In this document: positions 24,007-36,679 of the stretch, piece by piece
Layout: every line of letters starts with the position of its first letter
Numbering within the stretch: the first letter of the stretch is position 1
From: Takakia lepidozioides
Lineage: Eukaryota > Plantae > Bryophyta
Reading direction: 5' to 3'
Length of the DNA: 64,000 bases
Assembly (NCBI GenBank): GCA_030704615.1
Contig: CM060732.1
Span: forward strand, 21,390,001 to 21,454,000
Program-made: the position numbers and the translations under genes
Notes under the pieces: model-generated
The model's database searches: none
What the model saw: the letters and a program-made list of their open reading frames with translations, nothing else
What the model was told of the DNA's origin: nothing

Positions 24007-25836
24007 TCAGAAAGGTTGCAACATTCGCACCCCACCTGCAACAGAATGCAGACAAAGGGCAAAACACATTGTCATCAGCACCATAGACTTATCAACTGCT
24101 GTCTTTGTCAGATCCCCAACCTGTTGCAGCGTATCTCCTATAGCTGACCTCTTTGCAGTTTCTCTTCCATGCTCCTTCACATGCTGCTCTTTGGTTCTTC
24201 CACTGAAAGCAGTAGACAATCTCCCCAGGGAAACCTCAATCAATGACCGGACACCTTCGGAAGTCATTGTTCCTGCAACCTCCATAATCAACTTCCGATT
24301 GCTAGGAACAGCAAGAGCGCTGGAGAGACCATCAATCAGTTTCCTTGAAGCTGCATCCTCCCCCTGCCTTACCCCTCTAGCACCCATCGTGGCCCCTCCA
24401 TTCAGGGAAATGCTTGCCGAAGCCCTAGTTAGTAGCTTGGAGCCCCGATGGCTGACCTCGGGGACATCAAATTTGGACGAAGGTTCACTCACAGGTTTCG
24501 ATGAGCTCGCAGATCCTTCGTCCTGGGGTGAAATGTAACTTGCTGCCAGCAAAGGGTCGCCAAGCGGAACGAGTTCCCCATATCGATGTGGCCATAACCC
24601 CAGGGTTGCAGCCCGGCTGAAAACACCCGGATGTGTAGACACAGTAGCTCCATTAGTATCTGCTGTTAGGACCTCATGTGATGTGCGCACTAGCGCTTGA
24701 ACAGTCCCGCTGCAAACAGTCGTCAACAGGTCCGTCACAGGCCCTCGATGGTCTGGCTTCACAAATCCCTCAATCAGATCATCGTAGATATTGACATCCT
24801 TCGTGCCATCCAGATACACCGACACTGCAGTACCCACGAATGTCTGGATACACTCGGTTATGAGGGTCTTGCCCTTGCTACTACATGCAAACTCCACGAT
24901 GCCCCCTAAGACGTCCGTTATATCCTCCCCGTTAGAAGGAGAGCTCTGCTTCTTGGGTTGCTTGAGGGTGCCCATGTGCTCGAGAACAGAGACCACAAGG
25001 CTACGTGAGGCGCTTGCGACCACAGCAGATGCGAACCCCTTCCCTGCGTCACTGAACAGCTTCTCCACTAATCTGTCTGCAAGATTCTCCTTCTCTCTCC
25101 CCTTCATCCCCCCTCGGTTCTTGGCTTTCCCTACCAATTCCTCCTGCATGCATTTTGCTATGGAAGCACCAACCTGCATCTGAACGCCATCCAGGACACT
25201 TCCTGCAGACTTCCAAGACGATTGCTCCCAGGCTCCGTTGTCGCAATCCTTCCACCTTTCATCTAACTGCATCCACGGATCCGTGTCGTCTGTGTCCGGC
25301 GAGTAGAGGATCTCTTCAGCACTTCCGTCTTCTCTTGGCGAGGAGACTTCCTTGTCTTTCCATGAAAGAACCTTCTCTTCTGGAGGACCCACATATCCTC
25401 CATTGCCTTTGCCACCCCAACCGTCCGTCTCTCCACAACGAGACTCATACTTGTGCCGGAGGACGCCAGCCTGAGGCCGGCCCGCGGTAATCGAACTAAA
25501 AACACCCTCGGTGACCGATGCAGAGAGAGCAGAGACAGTCTTCTGGACTTCATGGCAACCGGCCACCTTGAAGAGCTGCCTCAAGCTTTGCGGGACCTCA
25601 TCTCTGTCCGATAGAAGAAACCCATGAAGATCTTTGAACACAGCACCCGCAGAATTGCTCCCTTCCGCAAATGCCTCCAACAGCGATGACAAAGATTTCA
25701 ACAACATATAAACCCGTAGCCTTCTCCGTGCAACTGCAGGGGATCTGTAGAACCGGTAAGATGCATACCCACCTGCTGCTACAGCAGTGCACAAAAGGAT
25801 AGCATTCCTTCTCCGGCGAGAGATGACAAACACCAT
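24007..25836 (-). CDS. PHLOEM PROTEIN 2-LIKE A10 family protein, intronless
   Basis: SRRRR + hydrophobic helix + GYASYRFY, DLHGFLLSDRDEVPQSLRQLFKVA, FSDAGKGFASAVVASASRSLV, FVGTAVSVYLD.TKDVNIYDD, recognised as PP2-A10 family motifs. 609-aa open frame. Confidence 0.85.
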   Translation of the reverse strand: MVFVISRRRRNAILLCTAVAAGGYASYRFYRSPAVARRRLRVYMLLKSLSSLLEAFAEGSNSAGAVFKDLHGFLLSDRDEVPQSLRQLFKVAGCHEVQKTVSALSASVTEGVFSSITAGRPQAGVLRHKYESRCGETDGWGGKGNGGYVGPPEEKVLSWKDKEVSSPREDGSAEEILYSPDTDDTDPWMQLDERWKDCDNGAWEQSSWKSAGSVLDGVQMQVGASIAKCMQEELVGKAKNRGGMKGREKENLADRLVEKLFSDAGKGFASAVVASASRSLVVSVLEHMGTLKQPKKQSSPSNGEDITDVLGGIVEFACSSKGKTLITECIQTFVGTAVSVYLDGTKDVNIYDDLIEGFVKPDHRGPVTDLLTTVCSGTVQALVRTSHEVLTADTNGATVSTHPGVFSRAATLGLWPHRYGELVPLGDPLLAASYISPQDEGSASSSKPVSEPSSKFDVPEVSHRGSKLLTRASASISLNGGATMGARGVRQGEDAASRKLIDGLSSALAVPSNRKLIMEVAGTMTSEGVRSLIEVSLGRLSTAFSGRTKEQHVKEHGRETAKRSAIGDTLQQVGDLTKTAVDKSMVLMTMCFALCLHSVAGGVRMLQPF

Positions 25837-27342
25837 CTCTCCCCCACAAGGTCTACCAACCCAATATCACATGTCACTCTCTCTTGGGCAAATTGTCCTT
25901 CCAGTTAATTACTCACACCAGACTGATATTGCCTCGCATTGACAATCACGCAACCAAGAGCACTTGTGTTGATTCGATTGCAGGAGCCAGGTGAGAGACA
26001 ACAAACACTCAAGATCCCACCACAAACCAATTACTCAATCCCCCCTGAGTCGGCACCTTGTCTGTATAGATAAACATGGAACCCACGGATGGGTCCCACG
26101 CCTAGCGCACACAGCGACAACTGCCCTACCTTCCTTCATTCTTCTCGGAAGCCCAGCTTCCAAGAGATGCATAGGCCCATGTGGCAGCGAGATGATCTCC
26201 ATCGCCATCCCACCTCAGCCTCTTACGATCCACGCAACAATATCGCTCTGCCGTCTCGCCCAAGTCGGCTCTTTGCGTTCTATCAACCGAACCCTAATTA
26301 AGCTCGGACCGCGGTCTGGTCTTTGGTTCGGATACGATTTGCATATCACAGATTTAGAATCGAAATAAAATATTCCTCAACTATTCTATTCCTGGATGTC
26401 ATGAGAATCCTGTATATTCCCAAAGCTGCACAACTCAGTCTGAAGCGGAAGAGAGAGAGAGAGACGGAGATCCCCTGCAGCTCGGCTGTGCCAGATCTTA
26501 GAGTGCGAGCAGCAGCACGATCTGAGATTCTCGGCACAATCGGAAGTGAAGGGTTGAGACTGGAAATCTGAAGCGAATGCAGGTGTGAAAGCTTTTTCGG
26601 AAAGGATGGGGAAGCTGATGCGGGTTGGAAGGGATGGCGTAAGCAGCAGGGGGGACGTAAGCAGGTCAGTATGGTCAGACCTTGGTTGGTGGAGGGGAAG
26701 GTGACGGACCCTGGTCTTTCGAGGAGAGATAGTGACGAAGCCAGGTGCCTGTAAGACAAGGTGGTTTCTCGTCTCTCTCGCCGATGTATCCTATGCCTTT
26801 CCAGTGTCATGTCTTTGGGGCCAATTTGGACAGGAGGGCGATCGTTCTGCGGAGGGCTTGAGGTGTTGTTCTGGGGGGGTATGGGGGTCCGACTCCTGCA
26901 CGATCATTGGTCTCTCTCTATGCAGCACGTCCGAAGGATCTACCAAGAGTTGTGGGTGTCTGAGTGGTGATGGAAGCTTCTTGGGGGAAAGCAGATCTTT
27001 CTCGTGTCCATGCTGGGTCTTAAAAGGTCAGCTGCAGGTTTGTCGCGAGACCACTGATTCTGGTTAGCAGGTGGGTTTTCCCCTCGGGGAGAGAGTTTTT
27101 GCAGTGCTGATACATATCTTTGCCAAAGAGATGAGTTGTGTCGTCTACATATTGGACAACAAGTTTTGGCCCTGTGTAGGCGATCTCGTGAGAAATGAGA
27201 CGGTGCTGCATAATGACCGGTGCTGATGTGATGCTCTCTTCGACCTGGATAATGTCCTGCGAGAGGCTCGGGTGGAGGGATCCTCCCAATGTGGGTGTTG
27301 ACAATTGACAGATAAATAGCCGTACAGAGAACATCTGGGAAA

Positions 27343-28425
27343 ATGCGACCCAGCGGTGAATGTCATGTGCCGCGCGGAGTAGGCAACGTCGTGGCCAAGT
27401 CAAGCTTCATTCCGTTGCATAGAAGACACATAGAGATGCAGGTAGGGTACAGTGTGCGATTGTTTGGATCCGGCAATTGTCGTCAGCCCCCACATCCATC
27501 ATCACAATGTAAGGAGATGGAAAGAACGAAGACCATTTCTGAGCGTGCCACTGGCCGTATTGGAATCGATCAACAGCAGCTTCGACCAAAGATCGTGTCC
27601 GGCTTTAAGGGGCATTCCGGACGCAGAGCTAGCAGCATCGTGCACCTCTGCGCTGCCCTGTCAAGAAGCTCCGAATCAGCCAGGGAAGAGTTACGGGATG
27701 GGAGGATGTCAGAAAAGACTAGCGAACTCCCAACTGGAGAAACTGACAGCGTGAGTGCTGTGGATGGCAAGATTGCAGGCATGATCTATCCACCATTAAC
27801 AACGGTCGGGAAATCCACAAACATACTATGGCAAGAATGTATGGTGAAGAGGGCAGACAGGCAGAAGATGTTGGGGCAAAAAGGCTGTGTGGTCTGGATC
27901 ACCGGTCTAAGTGGCTCCGGAAAGAGCACACTGGCCTGCACTTTGGAGCATGTACTTTTGCAGCAAGGGAGGATGAGCTATGTGTTGGATGGTGACAATG
28001 TGCGGCATGGCCTGAATAAGAATTTGGGTTTTAGTGCAGAAGATCGCACCGAAAACATTCGTCGAGTAGGGGAGGTTGCAAAGCTATTCGCGGATGCAGG
28101 AATTATTTGTATAGCTAGCTTTATCTCTCCTTACCAAAAGGATCGGGATGCATGTCGGAAATTGTTACTTCCTGGAGAGTTCATTGAGGTGTACATGAAT
28201 GTGCCGTTGACTGTGTGTGAATTGAGGGATCGCAAAGGATTGTACAAGCTTGCCAGGGCTGGCAAAATCAAGGGCTTCACTGGCATTGATGATCCGTATG
28301 AGGAGCCCCAGCATTCTGAGATTGTGATGCAAGCGGTAGGTGGTGTGTATGCATCACCCCAGGAGATGGCTGCACAGGTCCTTGCCTACCTCAAAGACAA
28401 AGGCCTTATACAACCCGAAAACTAA
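27343..28425 (+). CDS. APK: Adenylyl-sulfate (APS) kinase with N-terminal transit-peptide-like extension; intronless CDS
   Basis: STNILWQ, GCVVWITGLSGSGKSTLA (P-loop), LDGDNVRHGLNKNLGFSAEDR, FISPY, KGLYKLARAGKIKGFTGIDDPYE. The real start may be a downstream ATG such as 27436. Confidence 0.95.
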   Translation: MRPSGECHVPRGVGNVVAKSSFIPLHRRHIEMQVGYSVRLFGSGNCRQPPHPSSQCKEMERTKTISERATGRIGIDQQQLRPKIVSGFKGHSGRRASSIVHLCAALSRSSESAREELRDGRMSEKTSELPTGETDSVSAVDGKIAGMIYPPLTTVGKSTNILWQECMVKRADRQKMLGQKGCVVWITGLSGSGKSTLACTLEHVLLQQGRMSYVLDGDNVRHGLNKNLGFSAEDRTENIRRVGEVAKLFADAGIICIASFISPYQKDRDACRKLLLPGEFIEVYMNVPLTVCELRDRKGLYKLARAGKIKGFTGIDDPYEEPQHSEIVMQAVGGVYASPQEMAAQVLAYLKDKGLIQPEN

Positions 28426-30101
28426 TCCAGCAGCTATCTCACCTTCTGTGAGCATCAAGTACTGTTTTTGTTGCCTGCTTCCGGTGTCATGGGTAGAGTG
28501 TAAGAAGCTGCTTGCCCAGTGGGTAGTTGGCAGAATTTTTTGAGGAGATGCGGTTACTGTAAATTCCATTCATTGTGATTCCAGTTTTCTCCTGCTACAA
28601 ATATGGTTGATCGACAATGGTAAGGTCTTGGCTTCAAATGGGACCAGGTACAGTGGCCCGGTCAAAGCTCTGGTTATGTTTGCAAGGCAGTGAAATTGAT
28701 TGGGCACCTGTTTGAGAATAGTCATACGCAAGATATTGGCACATTGAGCCAGTACTGATGTACCAAGTAAGAGAGACAGACAGAGATGTGAGTTCACTGC
28801 TAGATGACACAACAAATTTCAATCCTTTTCTCTGTTTATGCTTAGGTACACAACTATTTCTCTTATGTTGCCTCCTGTTCATGGTGGATGGAGGGTTCAG
28901 TTCTAGCGGAGGGAGATTAGCCCTTTTCCTGCCTTATAATATATTGATTTTGGTGAGTCATTTTAGTGGGCCTAAAGGGCCACCTGGCCAACAGTATTCA
29001 TCTTCTATACCGACCATATTCCTGGAACTTTTTTGCTGGTTTTGAGGATTACTAATACCCATTTTGTCAATCGTTGAGCAGAATCACTTAGTCATCATCT
29101 CCAGATATGAAAGCTGAATGTTAGTTTTAGCTACTAGTCACACAATTGACCTTTTCACATTGCTTGTACCAATTTTGTTTAAGAGTAAAGAGAACAAAGG
29201 TCCACATCACAGACATTCTTTCCAAAACTGCCATCGTTGTGGAAGCTACTTCAGAAATTGCATGAAGCATTCAGGTCATTGTGCCCTTCATGTAAAGATG
29301 TTTCTTGTCAACCACCCCTAGTTAGGTTGAAATTTCAACTTAATGTGTAGGCTTGAAGAAATAGAAACAAGATATCACATCATTCATGGCATTGATTCCC
29401 ACAAAGCAACCTGGATAGAATGTACTCAAAAGATGACCATTGCCGTTGCCTTGTTGCCATAGATCTTTTGCAACCTGGATAGAGTTGGCATGGTAGAACA
29501 CATTGTCAGAATCCTTCTCAACTAGAAAGAGCAAGCCCAAGGGATGTCAAATTCTGCTTCCAGACCTGTGTAAGCAAGCTTCAGAAAAGCCTTACATCTT
29601 CCAACTAATCCTTTTCAGCAAACATCTTGAAGGAAGCTCTGGCCAATACCAAGAATGTATCATAACTCGTCAACCATGGTTGATGACTCCACTATTGAAT
29701 ACCAAATGGTGATGTCCAGTAGTCACTGCTGTTCAGACAAGATTCAAAGCCTTGACAGTGAGGCAGCACACTAATCGGTGCAGAAAATCGTGATTGTTTG
29801 AGTGTAATATACACAAGTGCCAACCACATCTGAGTGCTTGTTCTGCTGATACTGGGAAGCCACAGGGCGCGTTAAAGTGACCATGGTGCCATCACCTAGG
29901 AGACAAGGGCACCACAGTGTCAACTATGTACATGTCTGGAGGGTGAAGAGCATCTTCACCTCTGTCGTTGTCACATTGCAGTTCTGTTACAAGCACAGAC
30001 GGGACTCGTGCATATTCCTTGCTCGAACAGTGCAACCTCTACCATTATATTTGGCAGCAAAAGGGGCAGGCCACTGCCAAACTATTCTCCAATCTTATCC
30101 T

Positions 30102-33100
30102 TCATAATTTGGACATCACATGATCCATTGCGTCCACCAGAAAATCTGCAAAACAGAGATGTCCATTAACAATGTTAATCTTACATGAGCATGGCAATGG
30201 GGAGTGCATGCACTCTCTTCCTCTCCCTTTAAGAAATCGCCCCACTAAAACACAGATACAGACAGGTGTATGCCTGTGACTCTGCGGCAGAGGAAAACCA
30301 GGTGCAGGTTTCAAGTGGCTTAATGTACAGGAAAGAGGTCAAGGGTATTAACAGGAGTAAATTCTTACCAGCATCTGCCATGGAGAAACACATGGGTGGT
30401 TTTATTCTGAAAACGTTGCCATAGAGGCCTCCTTTCCCCACCAGCACTCCAAGGTCTGCAAACATCCACATACGCTTTGTTCAGTCAGTCTACAAGTATG
30501 AACCATCTTAAGCATGCTTCCACCTGTGACATACATGTAAGGGAAAACGATCATACCCTTCAGTTGCTCCATTAAAAGAAGACTTTCTGCCTTTGCTGGA
30601 GTTTTCGCTTGCCTGTCAGTAACCAGCTCCACGCCAAGCATGAGGCCCCTTCCCCGCACATCACCTATAACTGTACCATGCACAATTCTCTCCCATTTAC
30701 ATAAGGCATTTGCAACAGAACTCCCTGAAGTGGACAGCTGTAGTTCAGATGGAATCCACTATGGGAAAAAACAAACAATCTCATTCAAACAAGCTGTGGC
30801 ATAAGAGAGAATTGCACTGCTCAAGAGAGACTTCAACTTAACACAGCTTTACACTAAACATCAAAGAATTTCTTTTGTTGAACCTGTAAATCATTGGCAG
30901 CTAGGGACAAGTGGATGCTCACAAAGCGAGAAAGAGAGGTGGCAAGAAGCAAAAATAAGGAAACACTCCCATCTGGGGAAGAGACATACTCTGGTGCTTC
31001 TGTTGAAGGGCACGAAGACGGTCAAGGAGGTGGTGGCCAACAGATGCACAGTGCTGCTGCCGCTGCTCAGCATCAAGCACCTGGAGCACTGCATGCCCAG
31101 CTGCTGAGCACACAGGGTTACCACCGTATGTGTTGAAATGCAAGCGCTGGGCAAGCACCCCTGCTATCTCTGGTGTTGTCACCACTGCCGCCAATGGAAG
31201 CCCATTTCCTATGCCCTGCCAAACATCTGCCAAACCATTAAGTAACCATCAAAGCATACCATTAAGGATCACTTCTTGAGGACTGACTTCCAAAGATCTT
31301 AACTAACACCAAAGGTCTGAAACAAGATGATGGAGTGAGAGAGCCGTAACCAACCACTAGACTTTGCAGTGTCCTGGTGATAGCCCTTGAAGGGCCAAGA
31401 GCCACATAGCTCTTTCCTCAGTAAGTTAATCCCTCGGATAAACTTGAGAGCATTAACAGATTTGAAAGGAAAAAAGAAAGAAATGAAATGAAATGAAATG
31501 AAATGAAATGAAAGGGAACTTTATTACATCCATGGGGACCTCAAGGGACGCAAGTGGAACAACGCGGAACCACAGAAAGCAACTAAAAAACCACCGAAAC
31601 CACAGAAAAGTCCAGGTGTTGCATGTGGCCAAGGGAAAGAGAGACCTTAGCCAGTGTAACAATGTCCGGAGTAACTCCTTGTGTCTCAAAGCCCCAGAAA
31701 TGACTTCCTGTGCGACCAAAGCCTGTTTGCACTTCATCAGCAACACAAAGGCCTCCAGCCTTTCTCACAATGTCATATGCTGATGGCAGATAACCAGGTG
31801 CAAGCTCCACTGCTCCACCTACCCCCTGCCACATATGCCCCGTCCTCAGTCCTTCTCCTTACATGCCCGCCTCTGCCCTTTCTGCCTACCAATCCCTATG
31901 GCAAGCACCATCTATGCATTTAAGGGCAGGAGAAATACATGCTCACATCTTAAGTGGGGTTTGATTACAGAATTCATGAAGCCAAGACCTGGATGGTCTC
32001 GTGGAAGAACCCAGCAATCCGACCAGGTGTAGCGGACTCAATTAGATTGGCAAGGTCATTAGCATAGAGCTTGCCATCGGCTCCAAAGGGCCCTCTGTAT
32101 GGGTCTGGATTCAACACATGGTGTACTCCAAATCCCTGCAAAGCTGACAATCAACCAGGACCCAATTAACCCAGTCTTTCCCCATCCATCTCATCAGTGA
32201 CGGTCCTTTGCAAACACATCATGCAGGATTTCGTGAACCATGACTTCATAATTAAGAGTTTACTGTAATGTCAAATCCATATACACCACATTGGACACAT
32301 GCAGGCTCCCCTCCTTAAGAGATTGGCCTAACTACAAAAGTTTCTGCTACTCTTTGAGCCTCCTGCGGACATCTCCGTTCTCCTCTCCGTCCTGTACCTT
32401 TCGGAGATTTAGCTGTCTTTTTGCACTCTTAATCTCTTTGGCTTCAGCTCACCGTTCGAAGGTGTCTCTCTCCCTCGCGCACCCAAACAGACATAAACAT
32501 TACCAAGGCACACACAATGCAGGGAGTCTGACCTGGGCAACATTATATTTCCAAGTGCTGTGGGCGGTGAGCCCCATGGTCGCCGGACTCATGCCATGGT
32601 AGGCATTCCGCAGGGCAATTACATCAAAGCTACCCGTGTACAGGCGTGTCATCATCATGGCCATGTCATTTGCCTCTGACCCTGAATTGACAAAGTACAC
32701 CACCTGGCACCATTCCATACTTGCCTCAGAATTTTTTGGGCCAACTAAAACTCTACAGGTATCACAAGGCATTAGTTTTTAGCAACCCCATGTACATAAG
32801 GGAAGGGACAACAGAAGAGGGACAAGGGACCTTGAGATTTCCGGGCATGCGCTTTGCAAGAGCTTCAGCATAGTCAGCGATGGCATGGTGCAAGTAGATG
32901 GTGGTTGTATGCTGCAACAGCTTAGTCTGGCGTAGCACTGCATCAACAACAACTGGGTGACAGTGCCCAACGGAGACCGTTACAATGCCAGCAAATGCAT
33001 CCAGGTAGCGCCTCCCATGCTCATCGAACAAGTATTGCATCTTTCCCTCCACTATGTTCACCTGGAATCAAAAATTCGACAGTCCATGTGAGCAGAGATC

Positions 33101-33542
33101 GGCCAACAGAGACATACCACTATGAGGTTTGCCTGCCGATGCCCCCAACCAATTTAGAAAAAGATACATCATCAAAATCCTGGCCCTTGCCATCCGCCTC
33201 GTATTAAACAAAGATAAGTGGATCTCTATCTCTGAGCTCTCGCAAAAAACTATGTCCGCTGAATCTGTGACTTACAGGCTTCTTGTAGTAAAGAAAGAGT
33301 GCCGGATTCAAAAACTTCTTCCTTTTTGCCAAAATTTCATCGGTTGCTGGGCCAGTGTACGGTTGCGGGGTGTAATCAAAAGGTGGAATTTGAGGAGTCG
33401 GACGCTCCGAGTTGGGCATATTCGGGTCCTCCACAGCTACCGAGAAGGCCCGACACAATCCTCGCACCAAGGGTGTCGACCGCGCGACAGCGAATGGCTG
33501 TGCTGCTGACCATCTAGAAAGAAATTTGGGCATGCGACCCAT
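30102..33542 (-). CDS. AGT2: Alanine-glyoxylate aminotransferase 2 / beta-alanine-pyruvate aminotransferase (class III PLP), 9 exons
   Basis: Exons 33542-33276, 33061-32831, 32703-32533, 32135-31989, 31825-31646, 31215-30990, 30670-30557, 30455-30369, 30145-30102. Motifs [40 protein letters not shown]|[16 protein letters not shown]. Arg-rich presequence and C-terminal SKL. Confidence 0.95.
31480..31513. repeat. (GAAAT)n microsatellite in an AGT2 intron
   Basis: Six or more tandem GAAAT units. Confidence 0.9.
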
Positions 33543-34124
33543 CACTACTTCCCCGAGAGAGAGAGAGAGAGAGAGAAACCTTATGACGTCCCCGGGAAGC
33601 TCAAGAGATTTTCGAACAGCTTATCGGACAAAGAAAAGACAGTACAGAACGACAGGGCCCCTGGAACAACCAGCCAACAGAACCACAAAACTGCAATTCA
33701 ACCGAGAGAGAGAGGGAGAGAGAATCATCGCAGGATGCGGGTGATTCCAACTTTGAAGCTAAGAACAGAGAAGAGAGAGAGAGAGAGAAAAAAGCAAGAG
33801 AGAAGGAGGCGAACTGAAGAGAGCACTGATGCTCGCATGGTGATATGCCAACCGAAAACATTAGCTGATCAGAATGTCGTCAGAGTAACAACACTTTGTT
33901 AACGAGATATGGTTCCCCTTACCCTTATAGAGAAACCATTACTTACGGTATTCTATTACTAAAGGAGAATAGTAACGGAATCCTGTCACAGGAAAATGAG
34001 TAGAAAAAAGGGAGAGACGACCGAAGGAGTCAGAGAGAGAGGAACAGAAAGCGGAGCAGAGCAGGAAGTAGCAGGGCACGGTGGTGGAGGGAAGTCTGGA
34101 GCTGCAGCTGGGAGGGAGAGAGCC
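33543..34124. promoter_or_regulatory. Putative bidirectional promoter/5' UTR region of AGT2 and MPC with GA repeats
   Basis: Only 582 bp lie between the divergent ATGs; (GA)n tracts at about 33555, 33703 and 33773. Confidence 0.6.
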
Positions 34125-36679
34125 ATGGCATCACGCTTGACAGCTTTTTGGAACCATCCTGCTGGCCCGAAAACCAGTGAGCCCCCTTTCGTCCTTTTGT
34201 TGTCTCGCTCCTGCCATGTCCACATCTTAGGGGCTCGTTGTGTTTATCTTACTTTGAAACATGTGTCTTCAAATTCACAAGCGTTTGGTCTGTGCTGACC
34301 TCAAAATTCTTCCATTATCGTGCACTGGATGTGGAGTCGTTGCGCGGGTGGCCACGTGTGTTATTTCTTCCCAAGTCCCTGCAATTTTCCTTGCCTGTGT
34401 CCTTCTTGTGAGGATATGAAACTTATCCTGAGATTCTCGCCAATGTGTTTATCGTCAGCCTACAGGATTTTAATTGCTCGTCTGTGGCATACATTTCCCC
34501 TGGTTTCCGCTGTACCTTGGGGAGGTGGAGCCTTTGTTTCAACACAAATTCCACCCTGATGATGAGTGTGGGTACTGCGAAATCAGTATGGACTGAACTG
34601 ATGTGGCGCCATTTGTTTGTTGCGCTGTTTGTTTGATCAAATATTCTTATTGTCCGAGGCCAACAGTGAGCTTGCATACGAGTGCTACCCTCCACGCATG
34701 GCAACTTGACACCCAGGTAGAGAGGGTGTTCTGTAGTTGGCCACGGATTAGCCGCCGTGGTGCGAACTAAATTTCTGCCATACCACTTCATGGATTCGGA
34801 TATAGTATGGGGCTCCAGAAAGTGGGCTCTTTTCCTCTAGTGCCCTACTCTTGTAGGGCAAGGCGCTGTACAAAGAATGTTTGAAACAATAAAGAGAGTG
34901 GCTGTTGAATGGTTGCATAAGGAGTTGGGTTATACTGATCATGCCCTGTGGATGTGGCTCCTGCAGTTCACTTTTGGGCACCGACGTTCAAATGGGGCAT
35001 TTCCATAGCCAACATAGCCGACTTTGCAAAGCCACCAGAGAAGATTTCATATCCACAGCAGCTTGGTGAGTGAACTTATGTCGCCTCTGCATCAGTCAGG
35101 GGCAGATCATGATTGTCCTGCTCTCATGCAGATTGAGTCTAATGGAGCAGACCCGACTCACAGTCAATGGGTCATGTACTAGCTGTGTTAGGGGCATTGG
35201 TGAAAAGGGAGGGTGACCTGGGGAGAAGCCCATATACCAATGGTGGAGAAATGGTGTGGCTCCGAAAAGATAAGATTTTTTGGGCATGTGAGAAGAGTGG
35301 ACCGGTGTTTGAAGAGGTATAAAGCATGCTTGGTACATGTGGAATATGAGACTTACTGAATGGTATGGCATGCATCCAACAGCGGTGACAGCCACAGGGT
35401 TAATCTGGTCACGCTACAGCATGGTTATCACCCCGGTATGTTCTTGTGTGCCTGGGAATCAACATTGCTGTTGTTGTAGCATTCCTGCATATATTTTGGT
35501 TGTCTGTTTAGATTTCCACACCTTTAGGCTTTTGGTATGTTGGCGTACCCTTTTTAGCACCTACCTGTCCCAGGCGAGAATAATAGACTAGGGAAGATAG
35601 GTTCCAAAGTTTGATGCAGAGTCCAAAATCTTCCTGTCCATCCAAGAGAGCACTGTCGTCAATAGCCCTAAGAAGGCTAATGCGTAGCAGATTCCAGTTT
35701 GTTTTGCTTGGACAATATCCTGTTCTCAAGTGACTGCTTGTCAATCTAGGTCGAGGCTTCTTCTCGTCAAATAGGTTTTTCAATTGTGCATTGCCCCTAT
35801 TTCAGCCTCAAAAGTACCTATGCCAATGAGACTTGGGCATTGAAGTCAGAGCCTGGCCTTTTACATGTAGTATGGCGGACCTGGGTGCAGTACTTGGGTA
35901 CGAGTCTGAGGCATGAATTGTCCACAAAAGTGGACTCCACAAGGTTCATTTGTACTGTGACCAGTTGCAAGGTACACCTTTTGACTCCTCTGATGGCTAC
36001 AATCCTAAGTTGTGATGACGGTGCTGCACTTTACAGAAAAATTGGAATCTGTTTAGTGTGAACGTGGCAATGGCAGCAACAGGCATCTATCAGCTCTCTC
36101 GCAAACTTGGGTAATTTACTACTTGTCCTTCTTTTGCATTTTAACAGAGAGTTAGTTTGAATTTTCTTTTGATTTCTCTTTTTCCAGGCTTGGCCACAAG
36201 GTAGAAAGTGTAGCTTTACTGTATGTCACTAAGCCATGCATATGGTAAGTTACTATGTCAATACAAGGACAAGGTCCAAGCCCAGGCAACCAATGACCTG
36301 AATACTTGTACATCAAAGCCCTCACCTGTGAGTGATTAATTGGATGTAATAGTTGAGTGTCTTGCTGTTCAATAAGCAGTGATTAGCAAGTGGAGGGCAA
36401 GCAGTAAAGCATAATGATGGCTCCTACAACTTCTCTGCTGGTCAACTCATGTGTAGTTGTTTCATGCCGATGGTGTTGTCCCCAAGAGTAGCCAAACAAG
36501 GCTCTGCTTATTTTCCTTTCAAAACTGGGCTAAACAGTCACTGTATATTCCCACTGTAAGGAAGAAGTTTAAATGGGTGGTGTCTGGTAGGTGCATCTTA
36601 TTTCTCTCTCCAAATGGATGTCCTTTTTTTATGTTATTGTTGCAGGGTACAAGAGCTAAGGCAGGGTTCCAAGGACTAA
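34125..36679 (+). CDS. MPC2: Mitochondrial pyruvate carrier, MPC2-type subunit
   Basis: Exons 34125-34176, 34967-35065, 35383-35435, 36037-36110, 36646-36679 give MASRLTAFWNHPAGPKTIHFWAPTFKWGISIANIADFAKPPEKISYPQQLAVTATGLIWSRYSMVITPKNWNLFSVNVAMAATGIYQLSRKLGVQELRQGSKD*. Last exon less certain. Confidence 0.92.
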
